Shown one piece after another: positions 60,718 to 64,000 of a stretch of DNA of 64,000 nt (its first letter is position 1; every line of letters starts with the position of its first letter). The position numbers and the translations under genes were made by a program. Below the pieces are notes generated by a model. That model ran no database searches, was not told the DNA's origin, and was given only the letters and a program-made list of their open reading frames with translations. The DNA is from Macrostomum lignano (Eukaryota): the NCBI GenBank assembly GCA_002269645.1, contig NIVC01000172.1, forward strand, positions 86,558 through 150,557. The letters are read 5' to 3'.

Positions 60718-61329
60718 AAGTTATCAGTGAATTTGTACCACTTATATAATTCAACACTCACACCAAGTCAGGTAGAGTAAAAAGTCACGCGAAGCAGTTA
60801 TGACATAATCAATTTCTTAGGCAAGTCAGTACCAGTGTCTATGAAAGCTAACAATATGGTTACGTAATATAAATTCAGTACTGCACTATACTTTCACACT
60901 CAAAGCTGTGACGCAATTCAATTGAGTGTCAAATTCAGCCAGTACACAGACGATAAATAAAGTGTATTGTGATGCAATCTATTTCAGAATCAGAATTCAA
61001 CCAGTCAGTTTTTTCTCTAGCATTTTTACAGTGCGTTTCAAGTCGAAATAGCTGCTTGACCTTTGCAAAAAAGCATGTTTTTCGAATATTTAATCCCTTT
61101 AGCATCGAGCAATTTCTTAGCCACGATGCATGTACCGTCACGGAAAAATTTCTGATCGAATGGTGCAAGTTTGAACAAAATCGGTTGAGCCATTTTTGCT
61201 AAAATCGATCACACACACATATACCGACAGACCATTTTTAGTATATGGACGAGGCCAACTCCTCCGATGGAGGAGAAAGGGAAAGAATTCCCATCACCGG
61301 AACTCCATTCCCTGAAATGTATCAGCTGA

Positions 61330-61600
61330 ATCCTATCATCCTCTCCGCGAAACTGAATTGAAATCCTCTCCGTAAAAGAGAACTCGATCAAACACCTCTC
61401 CGCGAAACAGAAATCCTCTCCGCGAAACAGAAATCTTCTCCGTGAAACTGGACACCTTTCGAAATCCTCTCCGCGAAACAGAAATCCTTTCCGTGAAACT
61501 GGACTCCATGGAAATCCTCTGCGTGAAACTGACATCCATCAAAATCGTCTCCGCGAAACAGAAATTCTCTCTATAAAACTGGACTCAATCGAAATTTTCT
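61330..61600. repeat. About 20-bp degenerate repeat in the Helitron body
   Basis: AATCCTCTCCGCGAAACAGA; homologues at 38815-38900 and 42350-42500. Confidence 0.8.
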
Positions 61601-61632
61601 CCGTCAAAAAGAATCAACTCTCAGGATTCAGT

Positions 61633-61668
61633 GGTTAGGGTTAGGGTTAGGGTTAGGGTTAGGGTTAG
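61633..61668. repeat. Interstitial telomeric tract (TTAGGG)5
   Basis: Direct reading. Confidence 0.92.
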
Positions 61669-62655
61669 ACCTAAACACAGCTGCGTGTTCAAATAAAAAA
61701 TTGAACCAATTGAATCAATTGATTGCGCAACCGATTTCTCAGTCAGTCAGTATCAGTCTCAGTTAAAGTTAACAAAAATATTGCGCAATCTAAATCAACC
61801 CTCCAGTACACAGCGACCGACCCCTTTTCAATACGCAGTAGCAGTTAGAAATTGAACCCCCCAACTGTTGGGGGGTCGGTCGAACGCCCATTGAACCCCA
61901 AAATGAGTACAATCTTTGCAGAAAGCTAAAAGTCTGGAAATAGTTTTTTTGATGCTGTGCTTTTAGTCTTTCTATTTAAAGCAAACAATTTATATCCTCC
62001 AACTCAGTGTTGCAAGATCTATTCAGCAGTATAAGTATCTTCTCTTAAAGTTTAGAACTCGAAGAGCAGTTAGCGTTTGAAACTGTCTGATTTATAGCAT
62101 TGAAGTATCAAGTGTACGTTCACTGCCTGCTTGCAAATTGATGCATTGAATTTCAATGTCCAACAAATACACAGGGCTGCCCATTGAGAGACAGGAAAAC
62201 TTATCAGTAGCCATATCATTGCGCAATTGTATATACAGTCCGCGACTGAGCCAGGGTCCGATTGTACACACGCAGCCACTTAGAACGCGAGCGCCACCCA
62301 CTGGAGAGAAAATACACTGCAGAGATAGGAGAAAGTTATGGCGTAATCACTAAAAATTGATGCCAACTGGCCCGGTTACACCCCTTCAGCTAAAAGAATA
62401 CACTACACAGATAGGCCAGCTGTTGTGGCGCAATCACTAAGAGTTGCGCAAGGTGTATCATATTCCCTATTGTTATATTATTTCTGCTTTTTTAGGGATC
62501 TTAAAATGTGAAAATGAAAGATTAAAATAGCTATAAACCCAACCCGGAAAATTTGCAGTTTACCCATATAAGTTTCAACGCTGAGTTGCAAGTAGTCTAG
62601 GAGAAAAATTGCAACATACAGACAGACAAACATCGCACCAACTTTAGTATTAAGA

Positions 62656-64000
62656 TTTTAATAAGTTCCAAAGTTGTTTTGTATCGTTTTGAATAAAGGC
62701 CTGGTTGATCATGTTGTCTGCACAGAGAGTTGTTTCAAATTTCCATGAAGTGAGCTTTTTTTCGTATGCTTTTTTGAGTTGTACTTTGCTTGATAGGTTG
62801 TTGGGAGTAGGGAAGGTTTTATATCTTCTGCAGGCATGTCTAGCAGCGTTTCTTAAATCTTTAAGGAAGCGAGGCAGTGTTGAGCATAGTGGGTTCTTTA
62901 TCTCTACTGTGATGTTGTTTTGAATTTGTCTAACTTTTCTACTTAATTCATTTATGAAAGCTGGGTTTTGTATGTCTAGATTTGTGATTTTGTCATTCAT
63001 GTTTTTCAGGTCATTTGCAAAGTTATTGATATGTTTTTCTTGTTGCAGGTTGGGTTTATGTGACTTTTTAGGACTCTGTATCTCGTTTTCGAGTTATTGG
63101 TTGCTTGTTTAGTTTCTGTGATTTCCTCTGTGAATTCACTTGATAAGGAGAGCACTATTTGGTTGTGGTCGCTAAAGTAGGTGTGTTTCTTTACTTTAAA
63201 GTCTTCGAGGTGTTGGAGTAAGCTGGTAGAGACGAAACAGAGATCTATAACAGAGGAACCAGATTTTGAGAGAAAGGTGAATTCACCATTTGTGTCTGAT
63301 AGTGATATACCATTGATTAGATGCAGGTTGTATAAGTCAGTAATCTGGTTAAGTAGTCTACCATTTTTGCAGGTTTTCTTGTCTTGGCTTTGTCTAGTAA
63401 GTGAGATGTTTTTTGCTCTGGTGGTATATATTGAATTTAAATCTATGTAGGAGGTATTGTTTATATGAGCATTGAAGTCTCCAATAAGGAAGATGTTTTC
63501 TTCGGAGTGATAAGCATCTAGGAGAATTGTTAGCTGTTCCCAATTTTCTTCTTCATAATATTTTGAAGACAGTGGGGGTATATAGGAGTTTATTAGGGTG
63601 AAGTTTTTGTTTTTATCCTTTTTGTGTTTAAAATTTAGCGTCAAGAAGTTTTTATAATGTTTGAATGATTCTGTAACATTGTATTGTGTATCTAGTGACT
63701 TTTTGTAAGCTGTCAATAATCCACCAGAAGCTCTGCCAATGAATTTACAGCCTTTTTGTTTGCAGGCTTTTGGTATGTTATGTAGTTTTCAGACAGGTTG
63801 TTGATTTTGAGTCGCTTGTTTTCATTTTTTGTGTCTATTATCCAAGTTTCTTGAAGGCAGAGAATATTATTCTTAAAAATTGATTCAGTTTCCAGTAGTT
63901 CAAGTTTGGGAATCATCACAGAGTCTTTTATTGTGTAAAGACCATTGATATTCCAGCTGCTAATAGTAAATTTTTCTTTGTCAATTTTTTGGATAATATT
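62656..64000 (-). mobile_element. LINE, 5' half of ORF2 (AP endonuclease), continues beyond the window
   Basis: SWNING, LCLQETW, GRASGG, YIPP, IGDFNAH, SVIDLCF, SDHNQI; two frameshifts. Confidence 0.93.

Larger units (their letters stand above)
49546..62655 (-). mobile_element. 13,110-bp composite non-autonomous Helitron
   Basis: A|TCTTAATACTAAAG 5' end at 62655; hairpin GCTCCCCAACGGGGGGC + GTAGATTG-CTAG|T 3' end at 49546; no TSD; removal restores LINE ORF2 in frame. Confidence 0.88.

Overview
Eukaryotic (animal) genomic DNA, not prokaryotic. Spliceosomal introns, GC-rich exons with Ala/Gly/Gln runs, TTAGGG tracts and roughly one third minisatellite content suggest a flatworm such as Macrostomum; this taxon is an inference. 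Host genes: a multi-exon Ig/FN3 single-pass receptor (turtle/IGSF9-like, +, about 8.3-13.1 kb), a 78-aa single-LIM protein (+, 19053-20006), two intronless paralogous Cys-rich microproteins with a prokaryote-like signature (-, 24070-24312 and 25793-26002), a 4-exon acylamino-acid-releasing enzyme (APEH, -, 26694-31386) and a possible orphan ORF with a 7x30-bp repeat (-, 34646-35326). The rest is transposon-derived: a Ty3/gypsy 3' fragment with LTR, tRNA-derived SINEs, a mariner remnant, several MITEs and LINE remnants. The main structural result is a 13,110-bp non-autonomous Helitron (49546-62655; A|TC...hairpin-CTAG|T, no TSD) that splits a LINE ORF2 exactly in frame. It carries telomeric repeats, three tRNA-like Pol III cassettes and four satellite arrays, and older relatives lie at 37.8-40.5 kb and 41.5-44.6 kb. 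Boundaries were read by eye. Exon boundaries are predictions, and repeat edges are approximate to about 10-20 bp.
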